From: Lingula anatina
Lineage: Eukaryota; Animalia; Brachiopoda
Direction of reading: 5' to 3'
Assembly (NCBI GenBank): GCA_051362555.1
Contig: CM120646.1
Coordinates: 24,118,001 to 24,182,000, forward strand
Length of the DNA stretch: 64,000 nt
Positions 1-12,173 of the stretch are shown piece after piece. The notes beneath the pieces are model-generated. The model made no database searches. It saw only the letters and a list, made by a program, of their open reading frames with translations, and was not told the origin of the DNA. Position 1 is the first letter of the stretch. Each line of letters starts with the position of its first letter. The translations under genes were made by a program, and so were the position numbers.

Positions 1-168
1 ATAATATTTTTCCAAGCACTGTATCGGCACTGTACAACCATTTCTGGTTAAGTAGCGAACTATTTTCTACCGTAAGACTAGAGCACGGCGTTTACCCGTT
101 CAATGGAAAAATGCGGGCAACTATCAGTACTAAAAGTACTACTAGCACGGCATGCAGAAAGATATGAA

Positions 169-196
169 GACATACATACATACATACATACATACA
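169..196. repeat. (TACA)n microsatellite
   Basis: Direct reading. Confidence 0.9.
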
Positions 197-3168
197 ATCA
201 GACAGAGAAATGATGTAGAAACCGAACTTAACCATAACACCAGAACCACTTTGCAAAATTATCCATATTAGGATAATAAGTCACAAATAAGTACTAATGT
301 CATAAACTCCGAGAAGACTCAGTCCATTTCTCGTTCAATCTTACTTGGGAAGACCCTGGACCGATCACGATGGCTGTTTTATTTATCTGCACTTAATCAA
401 CTGGGTAATTCACCTGAAAACAGTACTTGCAAAATGGTACAGCAATTTTATATCTTCATTAAGAAGGATCGTAGTTTACCAATCACCTGCTGGGTCGGTT
501 CAAATGCCCCGTTGGGTGCATAAACTAGATTGAAACGATACCATCGTCAGAAAAGAAGTATGCGTCTTAATAAAGTGCTCAGTATATCTCTTTTATAGCT
601 CCTCTGAGACGAGGCAGCCGCACTGTTAATATAGTGCCATGAAGCTGGCGAATTTTTTTTTTTTCTTTTTTTTTTGTGCGAAACCATAACTGAAAATATT
701 AAGGAAGAGTCACTATAAGTATATAAACATTTATCTACAGATAAACCCCCAATTTTTGTTTCTTTCTATTATCCCTATAATAAACCTTTATATTTTCAAC
801 TACCATTTTATCAATTTGATTATCGCAATATTTCTCCTAAAACAGACATTCCGTTGTCAATTGGCGAAGGTTCCTGTGTTTAAAGACAATGTCCAAACGA
901 TCTTAGTATATACTTGTATGAACTTGAAGACATTGGCAGTCTTATCCATTGGAAGACAAATATTTAACTGAAATATCTGACTGATTTACCGAGTTTCTAC
1001 AATGTTAATTAAAATACATCAGGTTACAATGTCCAGTTCCCCTGCATTCTGTCATTGTATTTGTATATAAAACAGTTGAAAAATATCGACCGCAATATCT
1101 GGCAAATCACCTAAGCTTCACCATATTGTGCAAGCATGTTCACAGCACGATGTCCTGAAGTCAGAAGAACAGCGAAGTAACAAAAATATAATTGAATACC
1201 TGAGAGGAAATCGTGACCTTTTATGATTTAAGTGATTTTAAAAATATGAGATCCGTCTTTTTGCCTTTTTGTTCTAAGCCACACCGAGCTCGCCTCTTCG
1301 GGCTTTAGGCTCCAGAGCACTATAGCAATGTTAACGTAAACATTGAAGCCATATTAAATTATGTCCTTAAGGGAGATCGGTGTGTTAGGAATTTTCCCTA
1401 TCCGGTTACACAAAGTGAAAATAAACACTCATGTTATGGCATATAGCTGTCAGATCAAAAATACGTTGGGGTGAATTTGACAAGTCATGTTGACGTAACA
1501 TCAGTTTTTTTTTTTTTTTTTTTTTTTTGTGTGTAAAAACTGTAACATATCCCTTTTCAAACATATCTGCTTACCTGAGACAGCCTGATGTACATCTTCA
1601 GCTTTACTGCGTTTCTGCACTTTTTACAGTTCAACAACAGATTGGTCGTCAACTAAGTAGCTGCTCGATAAGTATAAAACTGTACATATAATTATATTGC
1701 TAAGTAAAAGTGCGTGATCCAGTATGAACTGTGGCGATCACGGACCACTTGGAGATTGCCGTTATTTGATAACTACATCAAACATATTAGTGTGTATGCA
1801 AAGAGAAAGAAAAGCTCATCTCAACTGAACATGGTGGAATACATTGATTTTACTAGTAAATGTTATTTTTTAATTTGCCATCTCGTTTAGAATAATATTT
1901 TTGAAATCGAAAGTTACAGTGTCCAAAAAGAACCGTCTATTATAAATCTCGGAAAATAACAGATCAAGATCTGTATGTATACTTCAGTGGTTTGTGTCTG
2001 GTAATAGATATTTCATGAATACGTACCAATATGTTCCGACTTCAGAGAAACAAGTTCTGTGCATATGTTAGTCAGAGGGTGAAGAAAACAATAGTATTTT
2101 CGGCATAAGTTGCCCTTAAGATGTGCATGTACTTTTACAGCATATGTAGACCTATGATAATGACAACAGAAGCCGTACATTAGACATTGGTCTGAATACA
2201 GAAAACTGCTTTGATAAAAGGTTCTATTACATCTTACTCTAGATAAAGGCACTATTTAATTTTGACGATAGTTGGACATAGAAATACTGCGGTATTAAAC
2301 CAACAACATTTTCTTTGCAGGACATTCTTTCAACTGCAAAACCTCAGGTTTCAAATTCCCATAGTGGGGACAGTACATGTCCCAATGAATTCCTTGGTGT
2401 AGAAGGTGTTATCCAGGTAGACAGACCGCACACAGTCTGTGAGAGGAGATTTAATACCGAGGACTTCATATAGCCGATCAATCACTCCATACCCATAAAG
2501 CCGACCTTTTTAAAGCTAATGTTCTATTTCCTGGAACCTAACGATAATTTCCAGATAATTAAAGATAAATGACAAAATACAAAACTGGCAATCCTTGGCA
2601 CTAGTCAATAACGTGGCTTTCAACCTTCTTAACATTACTTACGCGCCGCTCAATAAGCTCAATTATACTTGAAGAAGAATTATAAAAAAATGTAAATACA
2701 GGATTCTCAACATAAATAGGTTCAGTGATGTCCAAATATAAGACGGAAAACTTGATAACAAAATCCGCCCGTGGCGAGGTGCCAAAGTACAAAATGGCCC
2801 AAGTGTGAAAGGGTACTGAGATGGGCATATTTTTTAATCTGGGTAACTTAGAAACTTGTAAGATGTGTAATTGCTACATGTAATACTGAACAAAGGTAAA
2901 GCCACTTTTAAGAAAATAGTTTAGAAGCCAGGGAATACATTTGTTTACAATTTTGCCAACTACAATGGGGAAAAAACCGCTCATTTTGTGGCCTAAAATG
3001 AAAAGATCATATGTTTTAGAATGAGGGTACGTTAATTTGATTGATCATTGTCCAGTGGTCTCGGGTTAGTTTAGCTAAAAGAATCACGAATTTTAAGGAG
3101 AGAATGTAAGTGTCATAGGGCAGACTTCTGTGAATCGACAACATTGAATATTTTGATAAAAACACATA

Positions 3169-4482
3169 CACTGATGCTCATAAGTTAAGCAACACCCCGA
3201 TTTTTTCAAAAGTTTCTTCTATCATGATCATTATTTCATTTGTTGGTGGGGTTGTGCATATTTCTTTCATATTTTATAAATAACTTATTCAAGTTGAATA
3301 TTTCTGTTAAATATATACACAACATAGCTTATTGTAATAATCAAAATAACTTTATTAACCAAACGGTACTAAAATATGCCAAACCATGTGTCAAAAAAGT
3401 ATGCTCACACAGCAAAAAGTACGTGCTGATTAAAACAGCTTATTATGAAAAAATAAAGTTCGATCATCTAAGAATCAGTTTTAATAAAAGAAGACTGTAG
3501 ATAATAGATGATTAATCCTCTATTATGCAATAAATATCGGGTGTGCCTTCCCTGGTTTTGAACAACAGCTTCACATTGTCTCCTGCAACTTGCCATCAAA
3601 TTCTGCCAATCTTGCTTTGAGAGCCGTTCCATTCTTCATTTACTGCCTGCTGGACCTCTCTAATGTTTCTAACTGGAGGTTGTCTTTCGTTTACTGCCCT
3701 GTCAATCATATCCTAAGCATGTTCTATTACATTGAGAATTGGTAAATATGCAGGCCAATCCAAATGTGGGATACCGCGCTGTTGCAGCGCGTCTTGCACG
3801 GACCATGCTTTCTGGATGGGCGCATTGTCCTGCACCAAAATGATTTTTCTTTCTGGATTTGCTTGAATGTGTGATTGTATGCACCCCAATGGTCTTTCGT
3901 CTCTGTATTGTTGACCGGGGCACCTCTCTTGAATGACGTTCGGTGGCAATTTTTCATTGTTTGGCTGATATGAACTGGTCCTGGTGGCATAATCGAACCA
4001 GATATCTTCATCTCTTGCGTCGGTTAATATAATTCTACCAGAAAAAGGCTTGTCCAATACATGATGAGTTTGGCGCCATTTTGCTACCAGCTTGGACACT
4101 TGACTTGGTGCTACTTTTTGTTGCCTTGCAATCTGTCTCTTTGGCACCCCAGCACGATGGCTTCCCATTATTTGCCATCTGATTACCTCGTTGAGTCCTC
4201 TTCTAACCATTGGTTGGTCCATAATAACAAATTGTGCCCATGAAACTAGCCAAACTGGAAGCTCCTCATGGCATGGCCAAACTGTGTTTTTCGCAAGTGG
4301 GACCCCCATTGCATATTCTATCGTGTCCAACAGTAAATAGTACTATAATGTCCAGGTCCAGTAAGTCAAAGTAAAAACAAGAGAAATATCTAGCCATTGT
4401 ACAAATTTTGCCTCAATAAAATTTTTGGTTGCTGAGAAATTCGAGAAATAAGAAAGTGTTGCTTAACTTATGAGCATCAGTG
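3169..4482 (-). mobile_element. Tc1/mariner-superfamily DNA transposon (Tc1, DD34E type), internally deleted and non-autonomous
   Basis: Perfect 27-bp TIRs: CACTGATGCTCATAAGTTAAGCAACAC at 3169-3195 and its reverse complement at 4456-4482. TA dinucleotides flank both ends (3167-3168, 4483-4484), the canonical Tc1/mariner TSD. A transposase remnant lies inside. Confidence 0.95.
3523..4210 (-). pseudogene. Tc1 transposase pseudogene
   Basis: From the ATG at 4210 there is an HTH-like N-terminus (MVRRGLNEVIRWQIMGSHRAGVPKRQIARQQKVAPSQVSKLVAKWRQT...SGR). The catalytic segment LVQDNAP...LDWPAYLPILNVIEHA has 34 residues between D and E. TAG replaces the conserved Trp after EHA. A frameshifted C-terminus reads ...RRQCEAVVQNQGRHTRY, typical of Tc1. 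The first catalytic Asp region is missing. Confidence 0.9.
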
Positions 4483-5794
4483 TATCCCTGAAAAAGACAT
4501 TCGTGTAAAGAGAAACCATATCGACGTCCCATATTCTGTGCAGTACACTACTGTACTTGCTGTGTCTACAACGTCATGTGCTTCCATGTACCGGTGTACA
4601 ATGGTTCTACATTATTAAACCTCCTGATGAGTGCAAAGCATCGGTGCAATGTCCATGGTCAATCATCATACGCATGGGTGGACAAAGGTTAATCTAGTGA
4701 AGTATGGAAGAATAGGAACCGTACCTACTAAGAATAAACAGTCAGAGGGAACTAGACAGCAAAGCTTGCAAATATACAGATACCAAACAGCAAAAACATT
4801 GCAACAATGGTTGCAAACAAAATTATTAAATTAATAAATTCAATGAAACAGATTCAATAATAACTAGGCAAGATAAACGGCGAAGGGGTTTCACAATTGT
4901 AAAAAATGTCCACCTCTTTTTTGTCTGGAAGAAGTTAATGTTTATTCCTGTTCACAATCTCTTTTTTGGTTCACTGACTAATCATCAATACCCTTAACCC
5001 ATATATCAATACCCAACACCTATACTTAAACCCTAACGGAAGTTACCATAGAGTTATTGAGGCGTCTTTCCACAGTTTACAACCAGCCTGTCCTAACCCA
5101 TTACCCTCACCTATTAATGTTGTAAGTTAACATTTACACCACATCACATACACTTTACATCTGAGATAGCAAACATTCTACAGGGATTTAGTTTATTATT
5201 TTATGAGGAGAGAAATGTACTCACGGGTTGTGGATAATTTAATAAAACTAATGGCTAGCCTGCATAATGGACGCGTTGAACCAGCGGGATGTTGGCTGTT
5301 AATATGTCGACCAAGTGTATTGTTCTTACTGATAAAAACAGAAATATCGTTTCTCTGAACTGTAAAATGGCATATCATCATTATTAGTTATATAAATGGG
5401 TAAACCATATTTGCTGGCTAAGTGTTATTTGATCATAAAAACAACCCGCTGTTTTATAATCTGGTTAGCATAGGAGAGACGTCAGTGAGCTGAAATCTTG
5501 AATCTTCCTTTACAGTTAATTGAGTTTCCAACTGACCTCAGAAGCGATATGCCGACCAAAACTCACTTTTAAACAATTACTGAAGTCCATTTCCCTTCAG
5601 ATTTAACAACAGAAATGACATCAACAGATCAAATTATATGTGTATCAATGTCAAATAGCTAGGTGATCTGTTGGTTCAGTCTCGTATTTGAAAAGGCAGT
5701 TCAACGAAGTGGTGGGAAACGCTGTTGTTGTGACAAACTCTGTTGTGTTTCAAAAAGTCGGCGTAGCCTCCTGACGTTAACATGAGGCTGGCTA

Positions 5795-6174
5795 CAGGGG
5801 CAGATCCACGATTATTTGAAAGGGGGGGGGGGTCCGATTTTTAGGAATGACAAGCCTCGGATAAGAAACCGGCCCTCGGCCCCCTTAGCGTGTTTTGGAG
5901 GGCAAACGGTGCTTTTTGGTACGGTTTAGAACTATAAATCAGCTATTTCTAATTCCTACGGTGGAATATAAGTGTGATTTTTTCAGAAACCGAAGGGGGG
6001 GCAGGGCCCCCTGACCCCCCTCTCAATGGCAAACGGTGCCATTTGGTGCGGTTTCGAACTAAAAATCAGCTATTCAAAATTCTAATTCCAACAGGGAATA
6101 TTAGTGTGATTTTTTTAGAAACCGAAGGGATGGGGGCCAAGACCCCCCTTGACCACCCTGTCAACCCGCCACTG
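5795..6174. mobile_element. Non-autonomous DNA transposon (MITE) with CAG-start TIRs and an internal ~128-bp direct duplication
   Basis: Starts CAGGGGCAGATCC and ends CCCGCCACTG (imperfect TIRs). It is GC-richer than its flanks. GGCAAACGGTGC...AGAAACCGAAGGG occurs twice (~5900 and ~6028). Flanks GGCTA/GACTA resemble a 5-bp TSD with one mismatch. Confidence 0.6.
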
Positions 6175-7241
6175 GACTAGCATTCCGCATACACCTTGTG
6201 GTGACCTTCAAAAACGAGATTTCACGGGATTTAAAGTAGATAAGTATAAGAAATAATGGGGGACAAGCGATCGCTGTGCATTGAGGATTTATTTGATCAC
6301 TGATGTTTTTCGTGTTTTTTTTCTACAGTTCAGGAAAACTGCAGTTCAAAGCACAACAAAATTACTTCAAAATTGCCTGAAGGACGATGTTTCCTCAAAG
6401 ATTAACTCCATGTCAAATGACTTTACTTCACCTCAGGCATCTTGGGTATTTCATTAATTATCAATTATTCGAGTTAACATCGACAAATAGCTGTGACTGA
6501 AGTAAGACTAGGTGTGGAGGACCTCTGAAGTCTTACTTTTGTCACTTTTGCCGACTACAAAGAGCACCATATACCTTTGTCATCAACATGGTAGTCTTTT
6601 TCCACTGTATACAGAACACAGCGCTGCGTTCACTCTTGGTCATCAGTCGACCATTAGAGATAATTGTTTAAGTTGACATATGTGACCTCAGATACCCTTC
6701 CCACTCGTTATTAGGAACCACCTACACCATTATATCGTGCTAAATAGCAGTGACATTTATGGAATAAACATGTCAGTGACTGCTGTTTAAAAAAAAAAAA
6801 CAACAACAGTACGTTGTTTCAAGAAGAAGTCAGCTGTGACAGTATCTAGTTCTCCCCAACGTATCAAAGTCTTCAGAGCACTGCTTATCAAGACTTTCCC
6901 TCTATACTTGCATGTGGATGCAGGACAAACAACTGCCTCTAAAATGAAGAACAAACCACCGTGCCTTCGCTCAAATGATCCACTTACTGATGAAAGTGAC
7001 AGATGTGTTGTTATAGTTTAAAAGTACATACCCCGGTCTGGTGGAGTACCTTTCCTTAGTAAAAATAACCCACTACCGAGAAACGTATTTCTTTTTTGTC
7101 CCCATACATGCCCGTTTCCAATTGGATTTGTATGCGGAGGCTTTCAGAGTCTGGTCCTCCTCCATGGTAATGTTATTAAATGAAGATACACGTTATCTAG
7201 CTGGAAGAATCGCTGTCTGATAAAAATAAAGCGACAGTTGC

Positions 7242-7560
7242 GCCCTATTATTACAGGAAAACCTCAGCAATACTTATAGGTTCTTGCAAACTGTTGCCGC
7301 AAATAAAGAAGCAGAAATATTACGATGCAAATGAGGTACTGTTTTTAAATTTTGAAATGATAAGAAAATATCTTGCACACTTGCTGCAAACTTTAAATGT
7401 TCTTGCAAATATAGCAAATTTGCAGCAAAACCTTCTTCTTGCAATATCCTGCCGACAGTTTCTTGGTAACTTTTTATTTTTCCATTTTGCTACATTTATA
7501 TGTAGGCGAAGACCTTCGATTTCATCGTGCCAAATTGTGTTTGTCTGTATTACCAAGGGC
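7242..7560. mobile_element. Degenerate MITE-like element rich in TTGC(A/C/T)GCAA subrepeats
   Basis: Repeated TTGCCGCAAA/TTGCTGCAAA/TTGCAGCAAA motifs; weakly inverted ends GCCCT..TACAG and CTGTA..AGGGC. Confidence 0.35.
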
Positions 7561-8268
7561 ACTCCAGGGCCCTAGTGTCATAATGGGAATTGATGAGTAG
7601 AACTAAAAAAATTTAAAGGTCTCACTTTGGAGAACGTTTGCAGAAATATGAACTACAGTATTCTGTCGATGCAGTATGTCTCTAGACACTGTCTGAAACA
7701 CGACTCTAGCTTGAGACAACACGGGTGACATGTATTTGTAGCATGCTTTATGAACACGGAATGTTTGCTACTTCACGTAAATGCAGGAAAACATAAACGT
7801 ATGGCCTTGTTATACACAGTTTACAAGTAAAATATTTTAGATTTTAGAAAAAATTCAACAGAAATCAACCATTTTGTAGGGAGGAATTAATTGTTATATA
7901 TTATAGACTTGATAATGGCCATATAGAAAATGAAGCTCTACAACAGCATTGTTACGTATTCTTCATACCTATGTTCGCCTGCCACGTTAATGGGTAGAAG
8001 ACAGGATGTATAAAGATATGGTAAATACTGCTGAAAGTCGCTATCACATCTGACAGATTTTATATACTGTATGCATATTCTTGTTAAGTTATGTAGTTTT
8101 TATATTTTTACCAACATATTGATTTTCATTTTTATAATTTTAATTTTTTTAATGAAATTTTAAATTATATATAACATTTTGTTCATTAAAACAATATTTT
8201 ATTCTAATTCCTCAAAGGACCATGTGTAAGATAATTGTACACACTTTAAATGTTTTATCCTTAAAAAG

Positions 8269-8305
<37 letters not shown>
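8269..8305. repeat. (TTA)n microsatellite
   Basis: Direct reading; explains the poly-Leu in ORF 8222-8503. Confidence 0.95.
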
Positions 8306-8673
8306 GACAGTATGGCGGATGTAGTGTTACAGGTGGTTGGCGAGCACGGATTTATAAATATCATTCGTCATAAACATCTCTTTTCTGTTCCAACTAATGT
8401 GTCAGCAGGAAAAATTACTAACAGCCGGTGGGATAATTTCATAACTCAGCCAGATAAATGGACACGGATACCAATAAAATCAATCTATTGCCACCATATT
8501 TGATGCCTGTAAGATACCTATCCTAGATGACTTAACAAGGTTTGGGGGATTGAGAAATTCAATAAGTGTGGCACTTCACAAAATGGAGTTTAGAAAGCTT
8601 TCCACTTTGCGTATCAGTTTTTCTACCAATGACGTAATATCTGTTGATATTGGAATCTAACAAGACATGTCCT

Positions 8674-8969
8674 CCATTATCACAGTATATCTAAACTACT
8701 AACTTCTAAATATCTAACATAGCATATCTTCCATTATCACAGTATATCTAAACTACTAACTTCTAAATATCTAACATAGCATATCTTCCATTATCACAGT
8801 ATATCTAAACTACTAACTTCTAAATATCTAACACAGCATATCTTCCATTATCACAGTATATCTAAACTACTAACTTCTAAATATCTAACATAGCATATCT
8901 TCCATTATCACAGTATATCTAAACTACTAACTTCTAAATATCTAACATAGCATATCTTCCATTATCACA
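8674..8969. repeat. Minisatellite, 57-bp unit, ~5.2 copies
   Basis: Unit CCATTATCACAGTATATCTAAACTACTAACTTCTAAATATCTAACATAGCATATCTT starts at 8674, 8731, 8788, 8845, 8902 and 8959; copies are nearly identical. Confidence 0.97.
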
Positions 8970-11900
8970 TCTTTCGATCTTTACCCTAGGATCGGAGGTT
9001 TGAATGCACAGTATATACTTGTATTCTGCCTTGAAAACATCACCTACCCTTCGTAGATTAAATCTACCTGCTTTGTTTTACCTTTACCTGCTTTGTGTTG
9101 ATGTTATACCAGTACTTTCCTCTGGTGTCAGCCAGTTGCTGTGTAACGACAATAAGTTTCCAGACCATTGGTCTCTACATTTGTATAAACATAAAACTAA
9201 GGTTACTGTTACCTGCCCATGTTTCTACGCAGTTATTACAGTACCCAATGGCATAGCTTTTTCAGCCTACTTCTGCCTATCCCAAGACTTACACCGATTC
9301 GACGGAGTTCCGACAGCACCATAAAGCCATATCCAAATGATCTACACAAGTCAGTCTTTAAAACACTTTACATGATTATATACAACCCGTGTTCATAAAG
9401 ATACGATCAACGTCCCTTAAGGGTTGGGTATTTCTATTACGTACAAACTATCTGTAAGGCCTTGGACATTACATGGATGGGAGAAGCATGGAAACAAGTT
9501 CAGTGTAGTTAAAATTCTCTCTCAAAGTGACGGACGTGTTTTAGTGAAGGCCTCGCGACCATATCGACACCTAACGACAGGTACAGGTATGTGGCGTTCA
9601 CCATGCATGAAACTTACCTCTTTACTACGAAGCCTTCTCCTTTGTGTTTCAGCTCACTGGATCTTATCTCATTCTGATGAACTGTTACGCATGGAACGAA
9701 TCGCTATATTAATATGTAATAAGGGTGGTGTACTATGTCCACTACCACAGTGAAACTATTTACCTTCGCTTTGATTTGGTGCTGTAAAGACTGTAACAGA
9801 CCACTGCCCTTGCATACCTGTGCCCGAAAAATAAAACAGCAATCAACGCAATTGCGTTTTACTGACACAGCATAGGTTTCCAAGCAGAATTAAAAACTCT
9901 TTTTAGACGAATCGATAAAAAATGGAGGACTGCTAAATCTGAAATTTTTGCGGGTCACGGGGACAGAATACTGAGAAGTGGGTTATTAGACATCACAACC
10001 TAGGACTATAATTATATGACGACAACATGGTATAATTTAGAATATTACCAGGTGATTTTAAAGGCTAGGGGAGTGATGACGGTAACGCATGCTTCTGCAA
10101 GGTGCGCATAGGTTAATTATGATGAAGGTAACCGTACTTCTAAAAGGTACGCATAGGTTGATTTCTAGTCAATGTTAAGAAGGGTTGTGTCGTTCCCAGT
10201 AGATATTTCCATGACAAAGTACAAAGCATCCCGATTGAATTATCCGTCACTCTGGATAAGACGAGATGCTGGTTCATTACGTAGAATACACTAGAGCACC
10301 AATTCACTTAGGTGGTTTCCTTTCTATTATCAATTGTACTTAGTACCCCACATGGCGTTCAATGTCTCTTAATGCTGCACTGGGCCTGGTATGAAGGCAT
10401 AACAAGTGTGCGGAATAAGGAGCATTCGGGACGTGTTAGATAGGAAACGATAAGGTTCCCTGAACCATGTTACATCTACACACGTTGGTTGTAAAGGTTG
10501 GTAATCACCCCCCCCCCCCCCCCCACTATCTGCAGACACCGTGTTTTGGTCTGCCGAGTTTAGCTTTACTATTTGTCAAAGAATAAGTTCCTTAACAAAG
10601 AGCACACCGAAAGATGCCGTTAAGTTTTGAAATCAACGTCAATTACGTAACCGTCTAAAAACAAAATACACCAAAGAAGGACTTCCCTTCCCAGCATCTT
10701 ATTAATACGGCCTATGCTATTATGTACAAGTTCTGGTGCGTTTTACACCAAACCCAATGCCCAGTAGTTTCTAACAGTGAGATGAGACCAAGCCAGAGGG
10801 TTTTAATGTTCTTGCTTTTCACAGTCACCTAGGCGTATTGTGTTTTTTCTACCTCCCAAGTGTACAAAAAGACATCATTTGGGCCGCGTTGACAGTTATC
10901 TATTTCCTCACTTTAGATGATATTTCATACCAAAAAAATCAATTGTCGAGGTTTTAGAATTGGGGCTTGAATTGAAACACAGGTATATGTTACAACTTAA
11001 TGGGCTTTAGTAGGTTTTTGAAATGTGTTTGTATTATACACACTTCACATAAAGTAGTCACACATTAAGCAGTGCTTTTTTTCAATTGCACAAAAGAAAA
11101 TTATGTGCTACAGATTGCCCAGAGAATGCATGAAAGTTTCCAAATCACTGAAAGCAAAAGGATAGACGTACGCATAAGATAAAATAGCTTAGTACAAACT
11201 TGGCGTCAATGTGAACCCAACAATTGACTGAATTGTGAGACGTGAGACTTGTACAGTGTTTTGGCATTTACAATGCTGCTATCATTTTATGCGGAGCTAA
11301 TTCACGGGCCATCAGTTTAATGTTTGTGAATCGCTCTTGTATTTCTTTCCAGGAATCTTATGGAGCATCAATTACCCGGAATGATTTTGTGTACAATTTA
11401 TCGCCCTTTCTTCACTAACATTAACTTGACCCAATATGCACGAGAAAATGCAAAGTACAAACAAAAACATAAGAAAAGCCTAGGACCAATCGTACGAGTT
11501 AAAATGCTGTGCATATTCAAAACCCTAAGGAAAACCAAACCCATGAAGTTATTTCCACTGCAAACAGCGCCACAATATAAACAGGCAAAGGACCGCAAAC
11601 TGCTGCTGTAATGCATTGCATAATTTGGGCACACGCAACCTTTACTCTTGTGCTCTAATGTCCTCGCTTTTATAGCGGCACATATACACACCGAGTACAA
11701 AACATTCTCATCTCACGCAACGTTATATATAAATTTTCACTAATACGGTACATAGCACGGTTATCCAGGAATGTCATTGTCCCACGTAATTCTGTTATTT
11801 TCTAAACAAATGCACTTATTTCCCGAACTTTATATTAGTAATATTGCCATTCATTGTTTAGTACAAATGAAATAGGTGGTCTATCAGTTCGGATATAAAG

Positions 11901-12156
11901 TCTAGATATTTTCCCGAGCTCAAAATCTGTAACATCCGCTAATAACCGGTGTACTGGATTCTTCACTTCATCAACCTTTGTACAGAGAGGAAGTATGGCG
12001 TTAATGCAGCACACCGAACGGAAGTTATGTTAGTGATGCCCATCACGAAGTAACGTGCCTGATTTTATTATTCAACAGTACGTCAATTTCAACTTCAATC
12101 CATTCCCTTAAATATTCAACCCTTTGAACACCGCGTTGTAAACATTTTCATTACCA

Positions 12157-12173
12157 TGACGTCAACCGGAAGT
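12157..12173. promoter_or_regulatory. Adjacent CRE (TGACGTCA) and ETS (CCGGAAGT) motifs
   Basis: Sequence TGACGTCAACCGGAAGT; further GGAAGT cores at ~11989 and ~12019. No downstream gene identified. Confidence 0.25.

Noticed and set aside
345-386. Minus-strand INKTAIVIGPGSSQ before a GTAAGA donor, resembling the VIGPGSS motif of class C GPCR/ANF-receptor domains
   Set aside because: Only 14 codons, a poor acceptor, an in-frame stop just upstream and no companion exons found.
2321-2473. Candidate + strand exons after good acceptors (2321, ~6329, ~11354)
   Set aside because: Short open frames with no recognisable homology, and they cannot be chained into a gene by eye.
8222-8503. ORF with a poly-Leu stretch mimicking a signal peptide; likewise the poly-Gly, poly-Pro, ER- and HT-repeat ORFs at 48239, 62380, 50948 and 51401
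   Set aside because: Translations of (TTA)n, poly-C, (GA)n and (CA)n simple repeats.
10180-10410. Minus-strand GMLCTLSWKYL resembling a LINE ORF2 C-terminal segment
   Set aside because: Too short and degenerate to support a feature call without a profile search.
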